A stretch of 64,000 nt of DNA from Haplodiscus bocki (lineage: Eukaryota), in assembly GCA_965655095.1 (NCBI GenBank), contig OZ296651.1:111724001-111788000 (forward strand), read 5' to 3'. Position 1 is the first letter of the stretch, and each line of letters begins with the position of its first letter. A program made the translations under genes and the position numbers. The notes beneath the pieces were generated by a model. The model did no database searches. It had not been told where the DNA came from and saw only the letters and a program-made list of their open reading frames with translations. This document shows positions 36,601 through 50,149 of the stretch, one piece after another.

Positions 36601-39600
36601 TGTAGGCACGTGGATAAAGTCTACATTTGTGCAAACGTAAGGAAGTTGTAAGCACCACCAAAGGCATTCAGTTATGCTGACAACTCGACCAGTCAAGGAT
36701 TTCTGTTTCTCTTCCTGTCGCAACTTCTTCAAACTAGCCTGGACACCTGCTATCTTCTCCTGCTCTACTGCCTCCGTCAAAACTTTAACGCTGTTTTCTG
36801 TCTCACCAGCGACAATTTTTGCCGCTGCTCGAGATTCTATACCCGCTGCATACTTCGCAACATAACGGGGTGCCATGTAATCGTCACAAATTTGAACGTT
36901 AGTGCTTGATTGTGTCAACGCAAACAACAGTGCGTTAGTTGGTGAGAAATGCTCGTTCGACACTGTAGGATAGTGATGCTTCCCGGCAATTAGAGGGCTC
37001 TTCAAGTTCGGTAACAAAGTGTTATCATCAATTTCAGCTAAGTCCACCTCCTGTAAAAGGTCCATTGTTTCAATTGAGAAGTTAATAGGAACTTCCTTGA
37101 AGGTAAATGCATTTGATGGTGGATATTTGGGCACGCGACATATTGGTCGATTGAGACGATCTGTTTTTTTATGGCACCGTCGACGCCCTTTGGCACAGTT
37201 ATGAATTTGCTACTTCTGGAATAATTCACTGAGATGCAACCGTTCGTCTGAGCTCAATGCAGGGCAACTTTTGTCTAAAGCACCCAATAAAGTTTCTTTC
37301 GAACAGCAAAATCGAGATCTGACTTCATTTGAGAACTTGTATTCTTGTGTACAAAGTATCGCATGCAGATGAGGGAACCCAGCTGTTTCGTCTTGCCATT
37401 CATACCGCATCCAAATGTGAGACACTGGTCCCAGTGGTTTTTCTGGAGATTTCTTCACCCACTTCATAACGTATTGTGAAGCTCGATACCAACACCTGAG
37501 CATTGGCATCAGTTCTGTTTGGATAGCTGCTGAGAGCAGATCCTTTGGAGTAGTTTCCGGTGGATACATGTCTTGTAGGGCTTTGAAAATTTTTCGAATC
37601 CCGGGGTGGGTTGATTGGCTGCATGTATATGTCACAAAATATGTCGGATTTTTATCACGAATTAGAGCTGCCAGTTCGCAAACATTTTTACGACTTTCGG
37701 CACAATCAAATTTGAACGTTTGTGTTGAAACGAATGAACAGTTTCGAGTGGCAGAACTAACTTCTTGCCACCCTCGATTCAAAACCAACCTAACATGAGT
37801 TGTGTGAAGTTGCATATTCAAGAGACTATCGAAAACGTACTGCAAATATGTCGGATTACATGATGTCAGTAGGGAACCATCTTTGATTCTGGTACGAAGC
37901 ATGTCTTCAAAACCAGCAAAACCGAGTTGCCTGTTATATTTGCATGAGTTATATAGTGCAGCTGGTATTGCTCCATGAAAACTGCCATTTTTAGCTTGAC
38001 ACCAAAATATGGACGGAAATAATAGAGCTTCTGGTTGAATTAGAGGCAAAGTTGCCGTGGAAGTTGCTGCGATGTTTTCCAAAAAACGTCTTTCTTTAAG
38101 TGAAAGACTGATCGGGTTCCCTTTATGCCGATACAAAAGATTGCATTGGGAATTGAGCAGAATATGAAGGGGCAATTTGAAAAGATCTTTTCTCTTTGCA
38201 TCAATCGAAATTGCCATTTGATCCGCCGAAGTTTGGAGTCGATGCATCACCTCAGTATTCTCCTCAATAGGTCCATCATCGTCGTTTCCGTGAAAAAAAA
38301 ATCCAGCTACAGAAGAACTTTTGCCTCGGTCAATGCTAACAGCTTCCGTTGCAGCGTCAGCTTCGCATGATTCGTTTGATTGTATGCTACAGCAATTTCC
38401 CGAAGGATCCTCCGAGTTCGAAGACTCTGAACAAATTTGTGGGAAACGCTTTCTAGTTCCAATTTCTCTCATCGGTAGTGGATCTATCAGAACACGTCTG
38501 TTTGGCTGCTGCAGACCTTCGTTGAAGTGACGTTTGCAGACGCAACTGTTACATTGCAAATGAGGACAGCGCAAAAAAGAAGCAAGGCCGCACCTGCAGC
38601 GAACACTACTCCTTCTGAAGTCTTTGGTCAGTGGTATTCCATGAGTTTCACAGATGAAGACACCTTGACCAGTCAGAGTGCTCAAAAAATGCCATTTCAA
38701 ATCAGCTAATTCAAGATTTCTTGATTTTTGGTAAATAGCGAATACCCAATATCCACGAAGAGTTGATTTTATTGCCTCAGGTGGAGATACTGTCATCTTC
38801 CTAGCGTATTTGCTACCTTTGTCTAAAAGCCAAAATTTTTGGTAATCACCTCCGTGTCGAACCAGTAACCTTGGCTCGGAATCAGGCCCTTCACTTTTGG
38901 CTCCGACTGCAATTAATTCATAGTTAATCCCGCAGACAACCAACTTTAGCGGAGGTTCGCTTTGGTTCCGCAAAGTGTTAAATGAAGTTGTGGTGAATAT
39001 AGCGTGAGTCGTTTCATCAGAAAGTTGTAGATTCGTAGAACAACTGATATTTTTTCGCTTCGTTAGATGGATATGCTGAATTGTGTCACAAACAGTAGAA
39101 AGTATTCGCGCTCCGAGATGGTAGCAGCAGTGTTTGATCACTTGTGACTCACCTGTACCTTGATTTTGTTCCCGCAAAGTAGTTATGGCTTCCTGGGAAC
39201 GTTGCACAAGGAATGAACCATTCGTTTTTCTGGTCTTTGTCGAGGCAATGAAAGTTTTTTTCAGCAAACAGAACAAAGGTCTTAAAGTCACAGAGTACTT
39301 GGCCGATTTAACCAAAGAACGACAAATCAGAGGTGACACACAGGCTGCAGCTTCTATCAACCAAGAAACTTTAGTGCCGTTATTATTCAGAGGAGGGGGC
39401 GAACACCCAAAATCGTCATTGACATGCGCAAAAGAGTAACAACTCAGAGCTTCCAAATAATTGAAATATTCTTTTTCATTTTTCTCCACTATTTTGGTTA
39501 ACTAAACACACGCTTCCAAGTCTGTTGAAGAGGTATGGGACAAGCAATTTTTCACATTTTCCATCTGTGGCTCATACTGAAGCATTCCTAAAGCGACATC

Positions 39601-41709
39601 TTCCACAATTTTGCCTTCTCTGACCCATTGGCAAATCAGTGTTTCAATATCGTCTCGGAAGCGGCAAGTGACGGCTTCTGCATGGTACAGGAAATCATTA
39701 GTAATGTCCCATCGCGTTTGTCGCCTCAACTGAACTGTACTCATTCCACTGTATGAGCCAACACTTCGCAATAATTGATACATATGATTTGCGAAATTTG
39801 CTTTGATGTTTGTTATCCAGGAAATTGTTGGAGCTACCACACTCAAACGTTCATGAATTAACGCAATTCTTGACAAGACAGGATGTGATGGAGGATGAAG
39901 GTACTGTAGAGATAATCCCTTGGAATGCATAGAGCAAGCATGAATCACCAACCCTTCTTCGCTATCCACGCGCACAGTAGCTGCAACTAGAAATTGTCGC
40001 AAGGAGGACGTTGGAACCAGAAAATCTGACCTAATTCCTCTGAGATGCAAATGCCCAGAGGCTTGAAAAGATGTGAATTCTGTGTCAATAAAGTTTAAAA
40101 AGTGCTTAACAGCGATAAACCCGGACTCCTCAATGAAGCACCAGCAACCGAATGGGCATCGAACGTTCGGGTAGGGTTCGCTATCCAAGGCTAGTGCAAT
40201 GTTTTCCTGTTCCAAAGTTTTCATCAGTGTTTGAAAACGATGCAATCGAAGGGTTCCATCAACGGCCCATTTCCCATTGATTTCTCTTTTGTCCAAAAAT
40301 TGTTTCACGCAAGATGGAAATTCATCAAGGGCTCCTAGCCATTGTTGTCTGATTTCCAAAGATAACAAGGTCAGAACATCCAACTGCCTTTCCATGAACA
40401 TCTTTTGATCACTCAACAGTGTGAAAAAAACGGATGGCCATGCGTGCTTCCAGCCAATACGGTCCGATGTGCAGTATTCGAGACACAGATTGCATAAATT
40501 GACAAAAAGCTCTCTAAATTTCTTTCCAAACATTCTGTTCTTAAGATTTGACTTCTTTTTCCTAGTAAGGCTAAAAGGATAATGAAGCGTGGACTGTCGC
40601 GAGCATTTATCGCAGAATGCTCCTGCAGCCGATCTACAGCTGTCATCTTTTGTTTGTTTTGATGTTGCATCATTCTCTGTTAACGTAATGGGAGTACTCT
40701 GAACGGTAATGAAGTTTTGTATGTCTTTGCAAATCACTTGGTTCGTTGTTTTTTCCGGAAGCACTGACATTGGCAAATCCTTATTGGAAGGAACGTTAGG
40801 GACCTTCTCGCGTGAACATGGCGTCTCCATTGTAAGGTCTATTGTTGAGGAGCATAGATAAGTGTTGACTTTTAATTTTTTCGTAGGTGGTCCCTCTGCT
40901 TTGCTCTGACGGTGTTTGAAAAGGTCAACCTCATCCCCACAATTTGACATTGAAAAGCTCCTTGCATTGGAACTAAGGCAACATGGTTTTTGTGGGCTTA
41001 CGATGCGTTCATTAGTGATTGAAACCAACTCATTGATTACCTCGAAGTGATTCGCATTCCAGGTTTGCTGGATAAAAATTCCTCGTCGATTCATGTTGGA
41101 AGAGCATTCATAAACCAACCAAGACTTCAGGGAAACGTGGTATAAAAACACATCCACTTGGAAAATTTGACAAAATGCATATATTTCAACGCAAGTTCCA
41201 TAGATGCCACTTTTACTCATTTTCGAGATGCGGAGGTACTCTTCAACAGACGAACAGTTCAAAACACGGTGTTGGTTCGGGAAATCATTGGAGTAAATTG
41301 ATGTTTGCAAGCTGTTTTGCGGAAAGTTGATAAAAATCATGTTGCTAACAATTGTATTTCGTATAATTGATCTACAGTCCTGTGTCAGACCAAGAGCAAC
41401 TGCTAAAGATGAAAATAGGCAATTACCATCACCGAGAATCGCAGTAACACGCGCCGGACGCAAAGTACAAATTTTACTGTCATTTGCGATTGAAATGTCT
41501 GGAGAGACTAAAAAATCAGTTAGACCTAAAGTTGAAAGACAGTTGAGAGTTTCACAACGTGCAACTGGTGAAACGGAGAGTGAAATGTCGGGAATTTTGT
41601 ATAAGATGCCCAGTGGCTCATCAGATTGAAGCTCTCTATCAATGTCTCTCAAGCAAGCATGACTTGCGCCCACAAACCGTCCGCACGACGTACAACGACG
41701 ACGCTTCAT
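33664..41709 (-). pseudogene. RepHel-GIY-YIG copy 3, full length with two in-frame TAG stops
   Basis: ORFs 39502-41877, 37210-39489 and 33664-37134 lie in one frame, separated only by TAG at 39502-39504 and 37210-37212. The OTU, HUH, Walker A/B and GIY-YIG motifs are retained. Confidence 0.92.
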
Positions 41710-41987
41710 ATTTTCTTTTCTTGTTCCATGCAAAGTTGCATCAAAAGGAGAACTGGGACGACAAAAGGCGCCATAACTACTTGAAACAAAAACAACATGA
41801 AACAATTCAATGAAAACCGGTAGTAAATTATCTGCGTCATAAAGAATTGGAATGCATGCCAGCAGTTTGACCTGCAAGCTCTGGCATCAAATCATTTGTA
41901 TGTTGCCAACCTTTCCACAGTTCAAAAAAATGCATGTCCCTAAAGTTTCCAATTTTTGTTCCTATTGAAATTACAAAATACAAAGGA

Positions 41988-42025
41988 GCCTTGGTTTTGC
42001 GAGGGCTTCTGAGCAAAACCAAGGC
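41988..42025. promoter_or_regulatory. Conserved 13-bp-arm hairpin upstream of copy 3
   Basis: GCCTTGGTTTTGC-gagggcttctga-GCAAAACCAAGGC. Confidence 0.75.
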
Positions 42026-44983
42026 TTTCGCATCACGTCCATTGAACTTACGGTTTCCACCACGTGGCTCATGAAATTGCAAATATCCTATGTGCAAACT
42101 ACAGAAAAGCTCATAGCAACAGTCTCCCAACATTTGCACTGGTCTGATAGAAAATTTTGAGGTAGTGACGAAAGTTTTCAGTTGAGAAAAGCAGACAAAA
42201 GCAGTCTAAAATTTATTCACTTCCAGTGAGATACTTTCCAAGGCAACACAAGCTGACCAACTACAGCAAAAATTCGAACGTATCATTTTTTTTCAGAATC
42301 ACAGTTTCACTGGAAAATATTTGTAATTATTCCAGGGAACGTAGTTGGCTGTTTTGAAATTAAAAACCTTCATCGCAAAAACAAGAAAAAAAAGTAAAGA
42401 TACTGTAAGCGTCCAGAGAAGGAAATTTCCTTACAAAGAGTCGGATAGAAAACTTTCAAACTTGGCATAGGAATACGAAAACATAGAAGACCACAAAAGA
42501 TGAAATAAAAAACCTAGACGTAATTAGTGTCAAAAGTAAAAAGCAACGAACCCTTCCAATCCGTATCAGTAGGCAATGTGGTCACATCAAAACAATATGT
42601 AGGCCCTTGCTGAGTGTAATTTGCCATTAGAGTGATGATTTTTTTTGTTTTTCCGAGCAGTTCGGATATCCTAACAATTTTTAGATTATGGGAATCAACA
42701 AGACTTTGTCATTCGTTCCAACAAAATCTCATTTTCGACTAATTATATTCAGTCAGTATATATTAATTGTTTCGAAACCGCTGATTAAAAAACATTTCTA
42801 TACAGGAGCTAAAAACTCTACCGATTACTCCACTTCTCCAACTCCTGACATTTACTTTAAATGACAATGAATATTTTACATCGAAGTTGTAGCGGGAACA
42901 GAGGAAGCACAACAAACAAGGTGGAGAAGTTATTAGTGCTAGCTTGAGCGCAACAAAGTCCTCAAACGATTACCACGTACTAAAGTACGTTTATTCTCAT
43001 TTCCAAACTATAGCAAAATGGCTCCAGGTGGAGACTGAACATTCGTTTCTGTTCAATTGTACCATTCTGGCAGATGACTCTTAGCCAGCGAACTAGATAT
43101 CCGCCAAGGTTCAACGTTACCTGAACGTCATAACAACGTTGTAACAAAAAGACTCTCGAAAATGAATTGAGAGCGGCAGCCCCCCAGACACAGCCAGGGA
43201 GTAACATCGGTACGTCAAACAAAACAAAGGCCTTTGATTCGTCCAACAAAAAATTTGACGCTGCTGCTTCTACCTCGGTCATTTTTGGAAACAAATGCAA
43301 GATTTTGGCATTGGCAACATCATTTGCACCATTCAATTTATTTTGAAGACGTATTTGTGCTATTCAATGAAAGGTAAAATTACATTCAGTATGATATCAC
43401 TGTTTGTCATCGATAAATAAGAACTGTCGAAATTTACGGAGCAATGAACAAACCAGGTTTACTAGTAGTACCAGAAGTCTTCTTGAAGAGAGATATTACA
43501 AAAAGAAGTTTCCCAGAGACGACTCGCTTGAAATTTCACAGTAGCCGTTATTCTCTGACGATTCACCCGAAAAGTAACTGAAGCAAGTTTTGTTGAATTC
43601 AAACGAGAGAACCATGCGGAAAAGTTAAACGTTGAACGCAGTTCTTTGAGGATTGAGAATTCTGAAATTGTCAGTGACATGAAAGAACAAATGAAGTGAA
43701 TAAAAAGAGAAAAAAAGAAAGAATACTAGGCTGCTTCAAACATGTGCTTTGAAGCAAACCATGTCAAAATTTTCGTCGATCGTTGATCATTCTAATGATT
43801 ATGTATACAATTCAAAGTCTCCAGAAGCAAAAACGTACATTGAAAACAAATGTCAGAAAGTAATTTGAAACGCAGAAAAAATGGCCAGCGAGAATCATCA
43901 ATAAAACTCCCTGAAAATGGTATAAAAAGACCATGAACAGTAATTGGGGGAAAATAAACTGGAAGCAGAGCAGTTATAAACATAGTAGTTATGTGAAACT
44001 AGCCTCAATATATGGTAACGGCATAAACGAATTCTAGCAGTGTACCATAGGGTCCTTTGTTTAAATTGAAAATGACAGAAGTGGCAAAGTTATAAAAGTA
44101 CTCCATTTGAATTATTATGTTTTTAGCAATGGCAAAAGTTTTAATTTTTTTTAAACTTATTTTTGCTCAGGCATCATCAGATGCAGTTGTAAGATGTGAA
44201 GCTTTACGAGGAACTTTTTGTGACTAGAAACTGGCTGTGATCGAAAATGACTGCTGCTTTCCCACTGATTATGTTTCCCTCCTTGTTTCAGTCGATTTTT
44301 TACACACAGGCGACTCGTTTCAAATTAAATGTCAACTGTATTCAACACAGTGTTTTCTTAAAAAGATTTTTTAGAGGTGGCAAATTGAAACATTCATCTG
44401 TACAAATACAGACATAAAAGCACATCAATTACATGACATACCAAAAACCTCATAAATTATACGTCTGAACCATCGGAAAATTCAACGGAAAGGAATAACC
44501 GGGAAATGGTTCCTCCAAACGGATTATTTCTCAAATAATGAAAAGTGATAAGCTTGAAAAGTTAGGTTTTTCTAAATAATCCAACAATTATTTTGTTGCA
44601 TGGAAAATTGCGTTAACCATTTGTAGCTCGTTCATGTAACAGCAGAGATAAAGATGTTTTTGAGGCTGAATTAGCGCAAACATTGTTAAATGCTCTTTAC
44701 TGTTAGGAGGCTATTTCTGGAGAAAAAAAAGACTATAACTTGGGGTTGCGAAACTTCAATGCTGTTCCGCCAAATTGGTAAAAAATCTCTATACTGAAAT
44801 TTTTGCAGAACTCTGTTAGAATCTGCAACTGAATTAATTTATTTCGCGCCATCTAAACTCTGATTTAAAATGGGTCCTTCAGAAAGACCTAGAGCACATC
44901 GTTTTGTATGCGCCGAAAACTCAAAAGCATACAAAACTAACAACCGATAACACAAAATGAATAATTCAGGACTAAGCACTTCC

Positions 44984-46068
44984 CGCCCTCTGGTAGTTTT
45001 CGCCGTCACCTCCACTGGGTGGTCACGGGATGGCGCCCCTCATTAGGCCTTAGCGAGGCGGGGGAGGGGCCCCGGGACCGAGCGTTCTTTTTCCATAGTA
45101 TTTAACATCTAACCCTACCCTGCTGTAGAAATAGCGATCTCAGCTCCCGCCCATACAATTTGCATCAAACTTTGTGTGCAGGCATAGTTTACTTTTCTAA
45201 GAACAGTGGTGCAAATCACATCTTTGTAGCTCAATTGGTTGGGGAGTTATGACGGATTGATTCCTTTTTCAGGCAATAATTTGCAGTTTTTTTGTGCTAC
45301 CTCCACCAGTAGCCGTACGCATTTGGTCGAAAACTTTTGTGTGAAGCATAATGACTGTGGCCTATACACATGCAAAAAAGTTTCTACCAACTCGTCATAG
45401 GTGTGGAGATATGACGCATCAAACTTGGTGAAAAATGCCAAAAATCGATCAATTCGTCTTAGCTCCCACATTGAAGTACATAGCGTGCGCTCTGGAGGGG
45501 CTCCAGTACAAAATTGACTCAAAAACTTGAAAGATAATTTTTCGACGATTAAAAATTTTTGGCCATTTTGCCGAAAGAAATGACGGTTATGACGAATTTT
45601 TGGAAAAAAAATTTAAATTTTTCAAAAACTCAGTTTTGATTATAGAATTCATATCTGGCAATCGTTTTGTCCATTTTTTCTCCAAATTTTTCTTACTGCA
45701 TAGTTTTTTTTAATTTTAACCTTTTTTGTTAGTTGAAGTATTGAAATTTTCTGGAAAAACAATCACAATTTCGCCCAAAATTTAAAAAAAATTCTCAAAA
45801 ATCAAACTGTTAATTGCCCCGCCCCGTTGTTTCGTAGATTAGCGGAGCGACACGGAGAAACAACGGGGCCAAACTGCTTGCAAGCTTCGCCTTCCATGTC
45901 CTGTTAATTTCAGTGAAGATTTCACAGGCTCAATTTCAATGTTTTAAAGAAGCATTTGCAAAACTCAATACTGTGTTCGAAGAAAAGTCTATCAGTATTT
46001 TTTCAAGTTTCAGAGGTGCTTCTCCAGTGACCGCCACCTGGTGATTTTCACCGGTGCCTCCACTGGGT
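44984..46068. repeat. Array 3 of modular repeat (unit C 44984-45600, linker, truncated next unit)
   Basis: Matches 29620-30220, then the linker at 28140-28590 (hairpin 45821-45869). Breaks off after GCCTCCACTGGGTG. Confidence 0.85.
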
Positions 46069-49000
46069 GTCTCAATAACTACATCGAAACTGTAAAGGGA
46101 AAAGTTTCATAGACTTTTAACAAGTTTATGGCAGTTTTGGAAATCATACCAAAAACACCTTGGGAGTTTTGAACTTCTACAGCGTTTTGAAATTTTACGT
46201 AATGTCTGTTTTTCTATCCTAAATCATATATCTCTCATGGACATTTCCCATGACTTTCATTATTTTTCATATTGAAGAGTACCAGTGGCTTTAGGGGATC
46301 CAAAAATGTTGGTTGTGTTATAAATTGATTCTTTAAAAATGTTCATTCCAATGTCGCCGGAAGATGTTCAATTGTACATCCTAAGATACCATTAAAAATC
46401 AAGAGGTGAGGTCATACAAAACAGACAATCATTCTGCATTTAAAACCTGACTGTTCATAACAATTTCCTTATCTCATAGTTTTTAAATTTCGTCATTGTG
46501 GGATACTGATGTGGTGATGATGTCATAATTGATTGCAGATAAGTCAGACTGAAAGGGAACGATATTGTCACATGAGGCAAGGTTTCTCACTTCTTTAGTT
46601 CCAGCGAATTTCTATCGTAGTCTTATAGACCTGTGTATTAACTTTAAGAATGGTTCTTGTGTTCGTAAGTTAATACTCTGACGGAGGCTTTGTCTAGACT
46701 TGTGACTTGATCTTACTTGACGTTACTTGAATACTCAATATATCGTACGATTTCTCATTGGTTCTCTTGAGAAAACAACCAGTCTCTGCCTGGATAATAC
46801 TTCAACTCTAGATTGATATCTAGATCGAAAAGTCTATGAAGATCATAAATAAAAACTATATACAAAGTGACATTTTGTCCAAAAATATTTCAGGAACTTC
46901 TCTAAAATGCGTTTGTATTAATTCCGAGGGGAGTTTTGATTGAAAAATTAAATTTCAGAGCATTTTCATCAGAAAGTTTGGCACGTTTCAGTGGGTTTTC
47001 AGTTTCATGGTTTATCACCGTATCATCAAAGACTTTTGTTCTCAGCGAAGTGTTTCATTTCTAGCAAGGTTCAATTTTTTGAAAATCTTTTTTTTCAGAA
47101 GTTTCAGTAACTTAGACTAGTTTTTTCAATTAAACATAAAGTTGAATCTTAAGGGTTCTACCTTTAATTTAGCTGCGAAAAACCATAAAGTATCAATCAA
47201 TTGAGGTTGATTTCAGTGTATTGGTCATTTAGCTTGACTTTTTTTGAAAGTCTCAGAAGTCATTTTTAATTTGGGGAGTTTGAACACATGAGATTCTCAC
47301 TTTAATCTGTTGTTCACACAATTGAACAAATTGGACGATCAACATGACAATTCACTTTGCTGACGTCTTGTGACAAAAGTATATGTCAAATCACTTGAAC
47401 GACAGATCTCAACTTGCTGAAGTGATCATCAAAAATGTACGAGGTTGATCAACATGTCAGTGTGAAAAGTAGTTCAAACCTTAGTCTGATTTCTTGAAGA
47501 CGTTGCAAAAGCAGCGTTTCAGACTTTTCATTCATTCCAATTGGAAACTATTTAATTTCTTCAAAGTCTTTAGTCATTTTGTTCCTTGTGCTTCTGTTTT
47601 CGTAGAAAATTTTTTGGAAAAGTCGAGCAGATGTGAAAAGAAGTGAATAATTCGGACTAAGTGGGATTGAAAAAAAGCAAAAACTTGCGGGAAATTCAAA
47701 TTCACATTAAAAATCGGGAAGTTGAGTGAAGGAATTCACTCTTCGTAATCAAAGGAGCTTCAGAAAGTTGATTCAAGAAGAGTCTTCAGTAAGTCGGTTC
47801 ATACTTCTAGAGATTTTTGGTCATATTGTGATATTTTCTGAGAATTCAAGTGGTTTTTAGAGAAATTTTCAGGACAAAACTTTTGATTTGGGCTAATTAA
47901 CTGGAACTGTATTCCCTTATTTCACTCGACTTGAACATCAATTCATGAACTGAAGCTGTGTGAGCAGTGATAGTTGAGCCAATATGCGTGAGCATAAACA
48001 TTGTAGCCAGATTGCAATCATTTTCAGTCGACAATCTGCATACCCAGTGAGCAGTGGCAAGAATTTGTGGGTGAAAACTTTCGTTCTTCCAGAAAAACGT
48101 CAACAATTAGAGTACCATTTTTTCCAGTGGAAAATGATATATCATTCTGAATAGCAGCAGAGCTAACAATCACAAAGGCAGCTAATTCAGAACAGCAGAA
48201 AAAGAGCCAGGAAACTAGAAATCCAGAAATCAAGTAATCCAGTCATCCAGATATCCAATGGCAGATTGCGGTAAACCAGAAATCCGGTCAATCGAAAACC
48301 CAGTAGAAGTGAACAACCAGTGAGCCAGTGAACCAATGAAGAGCCAGTGAGGAGCCAAACAAGAGCCACTGAGTCAACGAAGTGTTTTTTAGAAAGAAAA
48401 AGAAAACTTTTTCAAATTACAGAGGTATGTTTTTATGAAATATAAGCGAAACTTTCTATAGATTTTCAGTGAATTGGTTTACACTTTCACAGAAATGTTT
48501 TTTTCTGAAGTAGTAGCGTTATGGTTTATAAAATGTTCAGTGTTCCAGAATTTTATGAGGGAAGATATGAGGAAGTGTTTTTTGGAATAATCTTGTTTTC
48601 CGAGGTAACGTAATAATAAACTGAGACCGAGACTTTTTACAGGTTCGTTTTTTGTGAAAAATGCCAATTAGGTTGTGATATCATGAGATATGTTTAGATT
48701 GGATCAGGAACAAAGTTTGTCGTTGCTGCAGAAGGAGCTTGACGAGGAAGAGTTGCAACTTGATGAGATGTAGTCAGAACGTGCATATTTAACATGCAAT
48801 GTATCATTTTGAACATATGAGAAGTCATCTTCAGCATCACATTTCAATCATGATTAATGAGTTGCAGGTTGGTTTAGAAAGCTTCCACGGTTGCAAAAAA
48901 AAACCAGATTTCCAAAAAAATTCGGTTTTTGAACATGTAGCAAGTTTAGTTTGACAGAAAACGTTCATCATACCTTCTTCGTAATTTTTCAGAGTCAGTA

Positions 49001-50149
49001 TCAATTTTGTCATGGAATGTGTTCAAGGAGTGATCGTGATTTATCAAGAGAAGCAGCAGAGTACAGAAAAAAAATCCCAGTCAGTTTGATCAGTTAACCG
49101 AGGTGAGAAAATTTGAGGAGATGTACATGAAGACGATGAAAGATGGATGCAGTGAAGAATTCAGAAACTCCAAGGGTTTCACTCAGAGCTTGAAGAACAT
49201 TTTTGAGAAGGACTCGTAACGCAGCATTTCGGAACTGTCTTCGAAGTTTTGAAGACTTGGCGGTTTGATTGTGGCAACCAGGTGAAGATGTAAGCACCGC
49301 TACGAGGGCGGTGTGAGACGAGAGTTTGAGTTGAAACAGAGGTACTTTTTGAAACAACTGGTTAAAGTTTCGTTTTTTCACTTGTATTTGACAGTTGCTT
49401 TGAAGCTCGAAAAAATAAAAGTACAGGATCCTGATTGCGGAGAATTAAAATACTTTGCAGAATTGGTTCCTCGAAAAGCGGCCAATGAATTATGTCGCAG
49501 ATTTTTGGTTTTGTGAAACACAGAATATTTACAGAGACTTTCAGTGAAGATAATTTGTTGGATGAATTCGATTGAAAGTTTGTAATTAAGAGCTTCATAG
49601 AAGATCGTAATGAGAAGGGAGACAGTGAAAAAAGAAAGATTTCGGAGTCTCAGAAAAATGAAGAATGGAGAGTTCTAATGAAATTTCAGTGATCAATATT
49701 TATTGCAGAAAATTTTTTTTTCAGTTTTACAGTAATGTTTAATTGATCGTTTTCTAACAAGAATATTGAAGAGAATATGTGATACAGAATAAAAGTGGTT
49801 ATTGGCGAAAAGTAGTTTTAAGAAATATTTGTTGGCGAATGTCAGAGAGTTCGGTCAAAAATGATGATATCCAGAGAAATATTTGCAGTTGACACTTTTG
49901 TGTTATGCAAAGAGATGGACGGAAAGGTATAATATTCTCGGGAGAACTCAGTAAAATCTGACATTTGTCAAATAACAGTGAGCTTAAAGGCTCCTTGTTT
50001 TCCGAAAAATGACGAATGAATTCTGCAGTTTTATTCACAGAATTTTTTGAGTATTTGTTTTTTGAAAACTCTTAGGAGGGTCATCAAGACATGGAAAATT
50101 GTTTCCAGGTTCAACATCATAAATTAGTGAGCATTTTTGATGCGCTCCT

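Larger units (their letters stand above)
27503..42025 (-). mobile_element. Putative Helentron-like element 3 (~14.5 kb)
   Basis: Same order as element 2 (5' hairpin, RepHel, three stem-loops, ~3 kb interval, repeat array). Ends are inferred. Confidence 0.5.

Noticed and set aside
37210-39504. Two in-frame TAG stops in copy 3 (and a TAA in copy 1) suggesting stop-codon reassignment or readthrough
   Set aside because: They align to different residues in the intact copy (Y, D, Q), the 8-kb copy 2 has no internal stops, and TAG terminates the OB-like and SGNH ORFs. Ordinary nonsense mutations explain them.
229-41813. Many plus-strand ORFs of 60-170 aa, some similar to one another
   Set aside because: They lie antisense to the RepHel copies or within repeat units, and their similarity only mirrors the sense-strand paralogy.
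46091-46864. Possible LTR (TGTAAAG...AATAAA...TACA)
   Set aside because: No target-site duplication, no second copy in the window and no clear PBS or PPT.
48185-48375. Short degenerate repeats (AGCCAGTGA / AATCCAG-like)
   Set aside because: Low-complexity, irregular, and with no supportable function.
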